A stretch of DNA of 49,331 nucleotides from Nanobdellota archaeon (GCA_021850635.1 JAJZLM010000010.1:1-49331), one strand, 5' to 3'; shown: positions 30,270 through 39,931, counted from the first letter of the stretch. Notes: generated by a model not told the origin, from the letters alone. Numbers and translations: made by a program.

Positions 30270-30975
30270 GATGGACCACCTAGCTCACCACATAATCAGC
30301 AGATTTGGCTTAGGAAATTTGAAAATTACAGACTATATATATTATCTTTTATTTATGTCCGTGCCTTTGGCTACAGCAGCTGTTCTCATCTATGCCGGGC
30401 CTGTGTGGCTTTACATTGTCATGGCAGTGGTATCTGCAGCTGTAGTATTCTTAGTCCGATCAATTGTAGCCGCCGTATTTGAAATCAGACTAAGTTATAA
30501 ACCGTGGTTTACAGGATTGATATTTTCGTTCATAGCTACTATTATCGTGTCAGTAATAGCAGGGGTAGCCGTGCCGATTCCGGTAATGAATGTGTCGGAA
30601 TATAAACGCGCAAACACGCTCAGAGGATTAAAGCGTGGAGAAATAAAAAACAAGGATAAATGGGAAACGTCTCTGTTTTCTTTCATAGCAATACTGGCGT
30701 TCGCGCAGCTCTTCATATCACTTGGAGGCAAGTCCACACAACCACTGTTCTATTCGGGCATACTTCTTATATTGTACGTTTTAGTCGACATACTTCCTCT
30801 GCATAGATTCAACGGGTCTTTCATGGCATACCACAATACTATATTGTACTTTATTGAATCAGGCTTCATCACATTGATGTTAGTGTTATCATACATAAGC
30901 GCAGCATCGAGTCTCGTGTTATTCATAATTTTCGTTCTCGCTAATCTAACAGCGTACAAGATAAAGCTGTGGTAA
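30253..30975 (+). CDS. Polytopic membrane protein resembling archaeal M50 (site-2) peptidases, catalytic motifs absent
   Basis: About 7 TM; YKPWFTGL and DILPLHRFNGS echo the M50 layout (FNLLPxxPLDG); no HExxH. Confidence 0.55.
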   Translation: MIKKSEMDHLAHHIISRFGLGNLKITDYIYYLLFMSVPLATAAVLIYAGPVWLYIVMAVVSAAVVFLVRSIVAAVFEIRLSYKPWFTGLIFSFIATIIVSVIAGVAVPIPVMNVSEYKRANTLRGLKRGEIKNKDKWETSLFSFIAILAFAQLFISLGGKSTQPLFYSGILLILYVLVDILPLHRFNGSFMAYHNTILYFIESGFITLMLVLSYISAASSLVLFIIFVLANLTAYKIKLW

Positions 30976-31013
30976 CGTAGTGATTTTTGCGTATCATTAG
31001 ACACTTGTAACTT

Positions 31014-31028
31014 TATAACCTCGTTATA
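31014..31028. promoter_or_regulatory. Palindromic operator candidate TATAAC-N3-GTTATA
   Basis: Perfect 6-3-6 inverted repeat ending 2 nt before the TATA box TTTAAATA (31031-31038) of the regulator-sufCBD operon. Confidence 0.65.
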
Positions 31029-31059
31029 TATTTAAATAATGCTGTGTCTATAATAACGT

Positions 31060-31419
31060 ATGACACAAGTCTTTTGCAAGACCACACTTAACGAGATAAT
31101 GCCCGCAGTAAGGGCGGCAATATCGTTGAAGATGGTAAAATTTGGTTTTACACAGATCGAAATTTCAAAGAAATTAGGGATAACGCAGCCTGCGATATCC
31201 CAATACAAGAAGAAGATAAGGGGAGACATGCTGGGCACACTTTCCAACAACAGCACGATGGGCTCTTATTTAGACGGAATAGTGGAAGAAATTGCTAAGA
31301 ACGGAATAGATCTCAACACAAAGACATGTGATATCTGTCAAAAAATAAGGAGCGCGGGCATCGTGAAGGTGGACAAAAGCGAGTTTCTTTGTTTAGCCGA
31401 CATAAAATCCCTAAAATAG
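31060..31419 (+). CDS. XRE-type HTH transcriptional regulator (COG2522-like) with four Cys
   Basis: IMPAVRAAIS...TQIEISKKLGITQPAISQY...RG; Cys6, CDIC and a C-terminal Cys. Confidence 0.85.
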   Translation: MTQVFCKTTLNEIMPAVRAAISLKMVKFGFTQIEISKKLGITQPAISQYKKKIRGDMLGTLSNNSTMGSYLDGIVEEIAKNGIDLNTKTCDICQKIRSAGIVKVDKSEFLCLADIKSLK

Positions 31420-31432
31420 AGGAGGGGTTTCT

Positions 31433-32152
31433 ATGCTAGAGATAGAGGACCTGCAGGTGAATGCAGGCGAAAAACAAATAATACACGACATAAATATAAC
31501 GGTCGAGAGCGGTAAGATAGTAGTTCTTATGGGCCCTAACGGAAGCGGTAAGAGTACGCTTTGCAAAAGCATCATGGGGGATCCATCTTACCATATAACA
31601 AAGGGTAGGGTGAAACTAGATGGAGAAGATATTACTTCTATAACTACCTATGAAAAAGCTAAGCACGGTCTTTTCATGGTGTTTCAGGAACCGGAGGAGA
31701 TAGACGGACTGTCAGCTCTGAGGTTCATGCGTTCAGCATATCTAAAATTAACAAATAAGAAGGGAGATGATTTTCTAAAAAGATTAGAGGAAGCGAAGAA
31801 GATGGTACAGATAAAGGAAGATTTGTTGGCTAACAGCCTTAATACAACCGCGTCTGGAGGGGAGAAAAAGAAACTTGAGATACTCCAGATGATTATTTTT
31901 GGTCCAAAATACGCTCTTATAGATGAATTTGATTCAGGTTTGGACGTAGATAGCATAAAAAAGATATCTAAAATTATAAATGAATTGGGAATAGGATCAC
32001 TAGTAGTCACCCATAACCCAGCCGTGCTTAATCACTTGAATGTAGACACCGTTCACATAATAAATAATGGCGGTATAGTTGCATCTGGAGGGCCAGAATT
32101 AGCCAATAGAATAGAAAAGGAAGGATTCGCATGGGCGCAGAAGAAAAGCTGA
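31433..32152 (+). CDS. sufC: Fe-S assembly ATPase SufC
   Basis: MGPNGSGKST, FQEP, SGGEKKKLE, DEFDSGLDVD; SD GGAGG upstream. Confidence 0.96.
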   Translation: MLEIEDLQVNAGEKQIIHDINITVESGKIVVLMGPNGSGKSTLCKSIMGDPSYHITKGRVKLDGEDITSITTYEKAKHGLFMVFQEPEEIDGLSALRFMRSAYLKLTNKKGDDFLKRLEEAKKMVQIKEDLLANSLNTTASGGEKKKLEILQMIIFGPKYALIDEFDSGLDVDSIKKISKIINELGIGSLVVTHNPAVLNHLNVDTVHIINNGGIVASGGPELANRIEKEGFAWAQKKS

Positions 32153-33567
32153 AACAGCTAGAAGGGGTGGGTAAGGACTATAAATACGGCTTTACCACTG
32201 ACACAAAATACAAGTATGATTTTGGTGAAGGTATAAGCGAAGAATTGGTTAAGAAAATTTCAGAAATAAAGCAGGAACCTGAATGGATGCTAAACCTTAG
32301 ACTGGATGCTTACAAGGAATTCGTCAGGAGAGCTACGCCTACGTGGGGCTATCCAGATCTTGTCAAGGATATAGATTTTAGCAAGTTCTATTATTATTCC
32401 CCGCCGGATTCTCCTTTTACGAACGACTGGGAGAAAATACCTAAAGAAATAAAGGACACTTACGAAAAACTTGGGGTCCCAGAAGCGGAAAGGAAAATAT
32501 TAGCAGGTTCTCTGAGCGTGTTCGACTCTGACAGTGTCGTAGCTAAATTAAGAAAAGAGTGGGAGGACAAAGGCGTGATATTCACTGATGTAGACACAGC
32601 TTTGAAGAAATATCCAGAGATTGTGAAGAAATATTTCATGAAAGCTGTACCGTTTACTGATAACAAGTTTTCTGCGCTTCATGGCGCAGTGTGGAGCGGC
32701 GGAAGTTTTATATATATCCCACCGGGCGTGAAGATAGACACTCCCCTACAGACTTATTTTAGGATGAATAAAAAGAGCGGCGCCCAGTTTGAGCATACTC
32801 TTATAATAGCTGACAAAGAAAGTGAAGTGACCTATGTGGAAGGCTGTTCTTCACCTATATTTGAACCGGATAACAAAGCCCTTCATGCGGCGGTGGTGGA
32901 AGTATTCGTGGAGGAGAATGCAAGAGTAAAATTCATCTCCGCCGAGAATTGGAGTCGTAACGTTTACAACCTTAATACGAAGAGGGCTATAGTAGGCAAA
33001 AATGCACATATGGAATGGGTGGAAGCTACATTAGGTTCGAAGGTAACTATGTTGTATCCCGCATCTTATCTTCGTGGGGAGGGCGCTAGTAGCTCAAGTC
33101 TTACAATTTCATTCGCACAGCCAGGTACATGGAAGGACAGCGGATCGAAGGTGATAATGTCAGCACCGAATCAGACAGCGAAGATAATCTCCAAGTCCAT
33201 AAGTCTAGGTGGTGGTAACTCGGTATACCGCGGATTGCTTAGGATAAACAGAAATGCCGACAGAGCAAAGGCGTACACACAGTGTGATTCATTGTTACTC
33301 GACGAGAACGCGTCTACTTCGACTTTTCCGCATAATGAAGTCTTAAATTCAGGTGCAAAGGTGTATCATGAAGCAACGGTAGGTAAAATATCCAAAGAAA
33401 AGCTTTTCTATTTGATGTCTAGAGGGGTTACAGAAGCTCAGGCACGCTCCTTAATAGTGCTAGGTTTTCTTGACACTGTACTCAAAGAGATACCTCTAGA
33501 ATTTGCAGTAGAGATAAATAGGCTTATAGAAACTGAGATATCAACGTTGCCCGGCGCTACGGGATAA
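32131..33567 (+). CDS. sufB: Fe-S assembly protein SufB
   Basis: YKYGF, EPEWML, WSGGSFIY, QFEHTLIIA, YVEGC, HEATVGKI, FYLMSRG. Confidence 0.97.
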   Translation: MGAEEKLKQLEGVGKDYKYGFTTDTKYKYDFGEGISEELVKKISEIKQEPEWMLNLRLDAYKEFVRRATPTWGYPDLVKDIDFSKFYYYSPPDSPFTNDWEKIPKEIKDTYEKLGVPEAERKILAGSLSVFDSDSVVAKLRKEWEDKGVIFTDVDTALKKYPEIVKKYFMKAVPFTDNKFSALHGAVWSGGSFIYIPPGVKIDTPLQTYFRMNKKSGAQFEHTLIIADKESEVTYVEGCSSPIFEPDNKALHAAVVEVFVEENARVKFISAENWSRNVYNLNTKRAIVGKNAHMEWVEATLGSKVTMLYPASYLRGEGASSSSLTISFAQPGTWKDSGSKVIMSAPNQTAKIISKSISLGGGNSVYRGLLRINRNADRAKAYTQCDSLLLDENASTSTFPHNEVLNSGAKVYHEATVGKISKEKLFYLMSRGVTEAQARSLIVLGFLDTVLKEIPLEFAVEINRLIETEISTLPGATG

Positions 33568-33574
33568 ACTAAGT

Positions 33575-34528
33575 ATGGCATCTATAGCAGAGCTAGCAAA
33601 AGAGAAGGGCATCAATCTTTATTCAAAAAAAGAATGGAAGGACTCGCCAACTACTCCGAGATATACTGATTTTTCTAAGTTAGACCTGAAAAAAGTGGAG
33701 GCATCAAAGGCTATAACTGTTACTGGACTGGACACTGCAACAAAATATGATGGTTTGTTTGAAGAGGAAGATCCTATGATACGGATAAACCATGAATTGC
33801 ATAATTTTTCTAGTAATCTAAGCATTTCTGGTGACAAGAAAATTGTTTTTTCACATAATTCTTCGGTGATTGGTAGTATAATAATAAATATGGAGAAAGA
33901 CTCTAACGTGTCGATAGACCTCGGAAAATATGACTTATTTAACATACTATTAAAAATAATTACCGCACCTGGATCTAAAAATAGACTTGAATTGAAGTCG
34001 GAAAATAGTGGCGTTACATACATCAGGATAGGGCACGTTCTAGCTGAAGGCTCCGAATTGGAACTCGTAAACAGTCACATAAAGGATTCATTTCTTTTTT
34101 TAAAATCATACAGTGAATTAAGCGAGAAATCTTCCCTAATGTCTAGGATAAACGTATACGCGGACAACGGCGCACATTATGACTGCGTACAGGATGTCAT
34201 ACACATTGGTAGGGAGAGCAACTCGCATATAATAGGTAGAGGAGTTATAGACGGTCCGTCTGTTTTAATATTCAGAGGCATTCTAAAAATGAGCAAAGAG
34301 AAATGTAGCGGTAACTTCGAAACTAAGACCCTTAACATAAGCAAAGGTGATGCGTTTACAGATTCGGTGCCTACACTGGATATCTCTTCGAATAACGTTT
34401 CCGCGAAACATTCTTCATCTATAGAGAACATAGACAAAGAGCAGCTTTTTTATCTTACTTCTAGGGGGTTCGATGAAAAAGAAGCTTCTAAATTGATAAT
34501 CTCTTCGATTCTCGCCTTGGATATATAG
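33575..34528 (+). CDS. sufD: Fe-S assembly protein SufD (shortened)
   Basis: FRG, SVPTLDI, AKHSSS, LFYLTSRG; follows sufB. Confidence 0.88.
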   Translation: MASIAELAKEKGINLYSKKEWKDSPTTPRYTDFSKLDLKKVEASKAITVTGLDTATKYDGLFEEEDPMIRINHELHNFSSNLSISGDKKIVFSHNSSVIGSIIINMEKDSNVSIDLGKYDLFNILLKIITAPGSKNRLELKSENSGVTYIRIGHVLAEGSELELVNSHIKDSFLFLKSYSELSEKSSLMSRINVYADNGAHYDCVQDVIHIGRESNSHIIGRGVIDGPSVLIFRGILKMSKEKCSGNFETKTLNISKGDAFTDSVPTLDISSNNVSAKHSSSIENIDKEQLFYLTSRGFDEKEASKLIISSILALDI

Positions 34529-34529
34529 T

Positions 34530-34643
34530 CTATTTTTCTTCATAAAACTGATTGTAGGGGTTCTCAACTTCAACAGCGCCTAAGCTAAGTATAAAATTTC
34601 TAGTAGGACCTAAGCTACTAGCTTCTATGTCTATAATAATCAT
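34530..34643 (-). pseudogene. N-terminal remnant of a DEDD 3'-5' exonuclease
   Basis: Hand translation MIIIDIEASSLGPTRNFILSLGAVEVENPYNQFYEEK* carries an ExoI-type DxE and the ILSLGAV strand, then stops next to the sufD stop codon. Confidence 0.7.
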
Positions 34644-34685
34644 CGCGTGCGATTTGTATTTAAACATTTGAAGTTTAATTATTTG

Positions 34686-35345
34686 ATGGCGATAATATTC
34701 GACTTAGATGGCACTCTCATAGACAGCACACTATTGCACATGACTGCGTTGAAGAACGCTATAAAAAGCGTAGTGGGTAGCAGGGCCGTTTCACAGAAGT
34801 TCATTTCTAGAGTAGTTAGGTACCCTCTAAAAGTAACATTTAGCATGATGCGTAGCGAGTATGGGTCGTCTTTGATATCGCTAAAGAACGAGATGGAGAT
34901 AAAGGAAAAAAAGGCCGAATTCTTTAATGATAAAAACCTTAAGAAGATCAAGTTTTTCAAGGGAGCTACGGCATTGCCAAAGCTTCTTACAGACATAGGT
35001 ATAAAATTCTGTATAGTCACGTCTATGAGTCCAGAAGAACTCAATAAATTTGATAAAGTGTTACACTTAGAGAAGATATCGAATATTATAATCACCCCAC
35101 CGAATATCCACTACGAAAAGCCGAATCCTTACACATTAAAGAGGGCAATCAAGCTGTTAAAAGCTAACAGAAAAAAGACTTTTTACGTCGGAGACAGCCC
35201 ATACGACGGGATAGCCTCGAAAAGAGCTGGGATAGGCTTTATAGGGGTACATAATCGCGAGGAACTCGGCAGAGGAGAGTTCTACAATAGTATACCAAAA
35301 CTAATAGACGAGATAAAGAGGAACCCATCGCGTTTTAAGGATTGA
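34686..35345 (+). CDS. HAD-superfamily hydrolase (phosphoglycolate phosphatase-like)
   Basis: IFDLDGTLIDS, VTS, KPNP, VGDSPYD; start reassigned to ATG 34686. Confidence 0.9.
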   Translation: MAIIFDLDGTLIDSTLLHMTALKNAIKSVVGSRAVSQKFISRVVRYPLKVTFSMMRSEYGSSLISLKNEMEIKEKKAEFFNDKNLKKIKFFKGATALPKLLTDIGIKFCIVTSMSPEELNKFDKVLHLEKISNIIITPPNIHYEKPNPYTLKRAIKLLKANRKKTFYVGDSPYDGIASKRAGIGFIGVHNREELGRGEFYNSIPKLIDEIKRNPSRFKD

Positions 35346-35348
35346 ATT

Positions 35349-36653
35349 TCACTCGACTTGTCTTCGTTTAGACACGTGCACATTTCTGTTATTCAGAGTT
35401 TTCCTAGATTTTCTCACGTAATAAGATAGTGGATTCTTTATGAGTTTGCACGTCTCATCCGGGAAGCAGACATTAAAATACTTATAGTAGCCATGTGCGT
35501 CGCAATTCGGCGGAGGATACTGCTTAGAAGAAAAAGCATATTCTACTTGTTGGGTTATAAGATTCTCCTTCAGAGGAGGCTTGTTTCTCTTGTTCCAGTC
35601 TAGGAGAAGCTTAAGGACTTCTTCTTTATTCCTGCCTATAGTCCTATAAAAATTCGTTAGTATGAAGACGCTTCTTTTTCTCCCGTCCGAAAGTCCGGCA
35701 TTTATCAATTTTATGCAGGGAGGGAAGTATTCTGGGTTCACAGAGAGATTTAGTTCGCTGTAATGGACAGGAGCGGCTTCTTCTTCCGTCTTTTCCTCAG
35801 GTTCGAACATATCATATGACCTTACGAATAGGTTTGTAGCCTCATTTTTTGATGGGTGTAGGTCGAAGAAGTCCAGCTTAGTGTCTACGTTCTCTGGCTT
35901 TGCATCTTCGAGTTTAAAATCTTCTAACCTATTCTTGTCTATAGGGATCGAGACAAGCCATCTTTTCTCATTGAGGGAATACTGCATCCTGAACATATGT
36001 CTTTCTGTTATCAAGACAGTGTCTATGTCTATTATTTTGTATGGGTCGAATTCTCCGTTTTCAAGTAATTTGTTCTCGTCTATGCCGAAAATAGACGCGA
36101 GTTTCTTGATGCCGTAGTCCTTCCTGAGAGTATCCCTCAAGGTAGAGAAGAGTTCGCTCTTAAGGAACAGAGATATAATCATAGGAGCATCTGGAAACAA
36201 CCTATTTGTGTCTATGTGGTTAACCGACTCTGGGAAAGCTTCGAATGGAACGAGCATATGGAAACCAGATCCTCCACTAAATTTAATTGAGAGTGAATGT
36301 ACACCTTCGTGTTCGAGTTTCTCCTTTATCATCTTTGTAAATATCTTAGATATATCTACATTTTTACAGTCGACGTCTATCACCATATCCCAGCCTTTCC
36401 TTATCGAAGAAAGCTGTTCCTTGGTGAGTTCTTTGCTGAGTTCCAAAGGATTCTGCCACCTTTCTTCGCTGATATGAAAGCTTGTCGCACCAGTGCGTAT
36501 TAGGTTCTCTATATCGCCTTTGTACTGAAAATACATAGGGCGCTTTCCGAAGTTCTCCCCGTAGCGCACAGCGCATTCCCTATCTTTTACGTGTAGAAGT
36601 CTTTCTATAACCGCATCATTCAAGTAATACCTAAGTATTTCGGATGGTTTCAT
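35349..36653 (-). CDS. Fused DNA primase PriS-PriL
   Basis: Catalytic WDMVIDVD and FSGGSGFH; C-terminal Fe-S module FPPCI...PPNC...C...C..IKNPL in one 434-aa chain. Confidence 0.92.
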   Translation of the reverse strand: MKPSEILRYYLNDAVIERLLHVKDRECAVRYGENFGKRPMYFQYKGDIENLIRTGATSFHISEERWQNPLELSKELTKEQLSSIRKGWDMVIDVDCKNVDISKIFTKMIKEKLEHEGVHSLSIKFSGGSGFHMLVPFEAFPESVNHIDTNRLFPDAPMIISLFLKSELFSTLRDTLRKDYGIKKLASIFGIDENKLLENGEFDPYKIIDIDTVLITERHMFRMQYSLNEKRWLVSIPIDKNRLEDFKLEDAKPENVDTKLDFFDLHPSKNEATNLFVRSYDMFEPEEKTEEEAAPVHYSELNLSVNPEYFPPCIKLINAGLSDGRKRSVFILTNFYRTIGRNKEEVLKLLLDWNKRNKPPLKENLITQQVEYAFSSKQYPPPNCDAHGYYKYFNVCFPDETCKLIKNPLSYYVRKSRKTLNNRNVHVSKRRQVE

Positions 36654-36809
36654 ACTCCGGAGTTAATAACACTTATCTTTGCATTCATAAATACTATAAT
36701 AAAGGAGATGCACGGATATTAGAACCATAAGTTGTGGAGGACACGCAGCTGGCACCATAATAAGCGCTTCTTACATATTTTTAAAGCATGACAATCAAAT
36801 AATAGAGGT

Positions 36810-37745
36810 ATGTTAGGTAAAAAAGTCGAAAATATAGAGATAAGAAAAGGAGAGAGCATAAGCTCCCTTATAGCACAATTCGGCAAAGCAGGAGGTTTCA
36901 CTGCAAGAAAGTTGGATGACGCGTCTAGTATATTTAAGGAGATGCAAAGGGATAGAGACTGTGTCAAGTTCTTGTCGTTCCCAGCGGACATAATATCTAC
37001 AGGTACAAGAGGAGTGATAAAGGACATGATAAAAAATAAGTTAGTGGATGTGGTAATAACTACCGCTGGTACTATGGATCACGATCTTGCTAGAGTGTGG
37101 AAAGATTATTACACAGGTACAGACATAGCCGACGATGCGGAGTTGAGAGAAGAGGGGATAAACAGACTATACAATATATTCATACCAAATGAGAGTTATG
37201 GACTAGTTTTAGAAGACAAGCTGATACCCATAATAAAGAAAGCTGCAGAAGCTAAAAAAGAATATTCCACGAGCGAGCTCATATCTTTCATAGGCGAATC
37301 TATAAAAGACGAACCTAAAGCAGAGGAATCGATAACTTACTGGGCTTGGAAGAATAATATACCTATAATAATACCAGGTTTCACTGACGGCAGTTTTGGT
37401 TCGCAGATATGGATGTATACCCAGAAAGACAGGGATTTTAAAATCAACCTGATAGACGACGAGAATTTTCTAGCAGGAATAGTGATGAAGTCCAAGAAGC
37501 TTGGTGCGCTGATGTTAGGAGGGGGCATTTCCAAACACCATACAATCTGGTGGGCGCAGTTCGGGGGGGGCCTGGATTATGCTATATATATGACCACTGC
37601 TGTGGAATGGGATGGGAGTCTCTCCGGTGCGAAGCTGGAGGAGGCCGTGTCTTGGGGTAAAATAAAGCCCAAAGCTAAGTTTATAAATGTCCAAGGAGAT
37701 GTTACAATACTCCTGCCTCTACTGTATGCAGGATATTTGGGGTGA
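36810..37745 (+). CDS. dys: Deoxyhypusine synthase
   Basis: ISTGTRG, TTAG, GGGISKH, DGSLSGA, EAVSWGK. Confidence 0.97.
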   Translation: MLGKKVENIEIRKGESISSLIAQFGKAGGFTARKLDDASSIFKEMQRDRDCVKFLSFPADIISTGTRGVIKDMIKNKLVDVVITTAGTMDHDLARVWKDYYTGTDIADDAELREEGINRLYNIFIPNESYGLVLEDKLIPIIKKAAEAKKEYSTSELISFIGESIKDEPKAEESITYWAWKNNIPIIIPGFTDGSFGSQIWMYTQKDRDFKINLIDDENFLAGIVMKSKKLGALMLGGGISKHHTIWWAQFGGGLDYAIYMTTAVEWDGSLSGAKLEEAVSWGKIKPKAKFINVQGDVTILLPLLYAGYLG

Positions 37746-37751
37746 TAAACT

Positions 37752-38045
37752 ATGAAAATAAGTGAATTGAAAGATGGTATGAGCAACGTAGACATATCCG
37801 GTGAGATAACCGAGATATCCGAACCGAGGGATGTCATAACTAAGTTTGGTAATTCTACTGTAGCAACTGCAAAGATAAAGGATGAAAGCGGAACAGTAAG
37901 TCTGTCTCTGTGGGGAAAGCAGATAAGCTTAGTGTCTGTTGGTGATAAAGTGGACATAAAAGGAGGCTACACGCGTACTTTCCGCGATGAAATACAAGTT
38001 AGCGTTGGAAAACAAGGGTCTATACAGAAGGTAGAAGCCTCCTAA
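37752..38045 (+). CDS. ssb: Single OB-fold ssDNA-binding protein
   Basis: MKISELKDG, KDESGTVSLSLWG, GYTRTFR; 97 aa; SD GGTGA. Confidence 0.88.
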   Translation: MKISELKDGMSNVDISGEITEISEPRDVITKFGNSTVATAKIKDESGTVSLSLWGKQISLVSVGDKVDIKGGYTRTFRDEIQVSVGKQGSIQKVEAS

Positions 38046-38108
38046 TACAGAATGATGCAAACTATCTCAAAAAAGACTTAAATATAGAATCCTTTCATAT
38101 AAGACGTT

Positions 38109-38543
38109 ATGACAAAGCACCTAACGCTGGCGGACATAGTACGCGAAGGTAATTGTCTGTTCTTATTGAACTCTTTTTCCGGCAGAGAGCTAAAGAAAGA
38201 CAAAGAAACTGTGGGTTATTCTTATAAGTTCAGTAATCTTCTTTCTGGTAGACCGTACATAGTATCTATCACGGTCGAGACTGGGAAGAACGACGAAAAT
38301 ATAAAGCGCGTGAAACTGGATATAGATACATCTAACATAATAAAAGAGAGCGAGTACTATGCTAAGTGCATATATAAGGGCATAAAGTCGAATGGCATAC
38401 CCGTTGGAGAGTATAACAAACCAATTCTATCTATAGAATATATGATACCAGACCTGAGCGCAGATAGATTAAAGAAAGATATGTATGCCGTTTCTGAGGT
38501 CCTGAACAAAGAAGAGGAAATATATCTGCGTAATTTTGATTGA
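38109..38543 (+). CDS. Hypothetical protein
   Basis: 144-aa ORF with a CTTAAATA box about 25 nt upstream; no recognisable motif. Confidence 0.7.
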   Translation: MTKHLTLADIVREGNCLFLLNSFSGRELKKDKETVGYSYKFSNLLSGRPYIVSITVETGKNDENIKRVKLDIDTSNIIKESEYYAKCIYKGIKSNGIPVGEYNKPILSIEYMIPDLSADRLKKDMYAVSEVLNKEEEIYLRNFD

Positions 38544-38552
38544 TTAGGATTT

Positions 38553-39002
38553 TTATTTATTTATTCCAGATATGAAATTTAGTATCTCTTCCGCGTGGCC
38601 ACCCGGGGTCACGTTTGGATAGATTTTTATTATAGACCCGTTCTTATCCACTAAAAAAGTCACTCTTTTGGCAGAACCGACTATAGATTTTATACCAAGC
38701 TTATCTACTAATACTTTGTCTTTATCGCTTAGCAGAGAGAAGTTCAAGCCATGTTTGTCCTTGAACTTTTTGTGAGATTCGATGCTATCTGTGCTTATAC
38801 CATACACAGAGATACCAGCTGTCTTGAATTTTTCCATGTTATCCTTAAAATCGCAAGCTTCCTTAGTGCATCCAGGGGTCATGTCTTTAGGATAGAAATA
38901 CACTACATTTACGTTCCCAGTTAGACTAGAATTATTTACTATGTTGCCAGAATCGTCACTCAATGAGAACTCTGGAAATTTATCGCCTTCAGATACTTTC
39001 AT
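38553..39002 (-). CDS. bcp: Peroxiredoxin, BCP/PrxQ family
   Basis: YFYPKDMTPGCTKEACDF, GISTDS, LLSD, RVTFLVD. Confidence 0.95.
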   Translation of the reverse strand: MKVSEGDKFPEFSLSDDSGNIVNNSSLTGNVNVVYFYPKDMTPGCTKEACDFKDNMEKFKTAGISVYGISTDSIESHKKFKDKHGLNFSLLSDKDKVLVDKLGIKSIVGSAKRVTFLVDKNGSIIKIYPNVTPGGHAEEILNFISGINK

Positions 39003-39013
39003 ATATAACACCT

Positions 39014-39931
39014 TTATAATAGATAACTAGCAGGCTTTATATCCCTTACATTTAAGGATATTACATTGTTGAATTTATTCGGTACACCAGTTATTTCCAA
39101 GTTGTAGATCCCAAACGAAATATCGTTAAGCTTGTCTTCTAAACTGTCTTTTTTTGATATCGAGAGTAGCTTGTCTGCTACTTTATCGAAGAAAGATATC
39201 CGTATGCTCGATAGACCGTCGTCCAGTATACCGGAAATGAGCATGGTCTTGGATATGGCTTTTTCCCCATGCACTTCACAGGTGCCTACGACTCTCTTTT
39301 TACAGATACCACACCTAGTTATAAAAATGTCTCCACCCGTGAATAACCTCACAAGGAAACCCCCTACGATGTATCTTCTCTGAGTATCGGTTATTCCGCT
39401 AATCTTCTCTATTTTATTTACGTTATCTACTGGTCTAATGTCATCATTGGGTTTTGGTATTATTTTTATAGCACAACCGGTGCCCAAGTGTATCTCATAA
39501 TGCTCACCATCCATCGATTTTCTTGTGTAAGCGTTTACTATCGATATTGTATCCCCTTCGGACGCTTCTTTTTGTATTTGCTCAACTTTTTTCGTATCCC
39601 ATACCACCACGTTTATAATACCAGTTTGGTCTTCGATTATCATGTTTGATATGGTGGAAGGGGTCTGTTTTATCATTACTTTTCTTGGTTCGAATTTCCT
39701 TTTCACCACAGCTACTATATTAAGGTGTTTTATGTCCTCGTTTATGTCGGATATTCTTAGCTTTTTCTTTATAGGTGTGATGCCTTTTTCTGTAGCAATC
39801 ATCTTAAGAGCGGCTCCTTCTGTTAGAGACGGGAATTCGTCGAGTTTTTTCTTCACCGCAGCTTTGATGCTGTCTCCGTCCATTCCAGCCCCTTCTTTTA
39901 ACATGTCTATTATCCAGTTATCGTTGTCCAT
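39014..39931 (-). CDS. Replication protein A-like OB-fold protein with zinc finger
   Basis: N-terminal helical module (LTEGAALKMIA), EDQTGIINVVVWD OB fold, CGIC...CEVH finger, LDDG OB fold. Confidence 0.85.
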   Translation of the reverse strand: MDNDNWIIDMLKEGAGMDGDSIKAAVKKKLDEFPSLTEGAALKMIATEKGITPIKKKLRISDINEDIKHLNIVAVVKRKFEPRKVMIKQTPSTISNMIIEDQTGIINVVVWDTKKVEQIQKEASEGDTISIVNAYTRKSMDGEHYEIHLGTGCAIKIIPKPNDDIRPVDNVNKIEKISGITDTQRRYIVGGFLVRLFTGGDIFITRCGICKKRVVGTCEVHGEKAISKTMLISGILDDGLSSIRISFFDKVADKLLSISKKDSLEDKLNDISFGIYNLEITGVPNKFNNVISLNVRDIKPASYLL

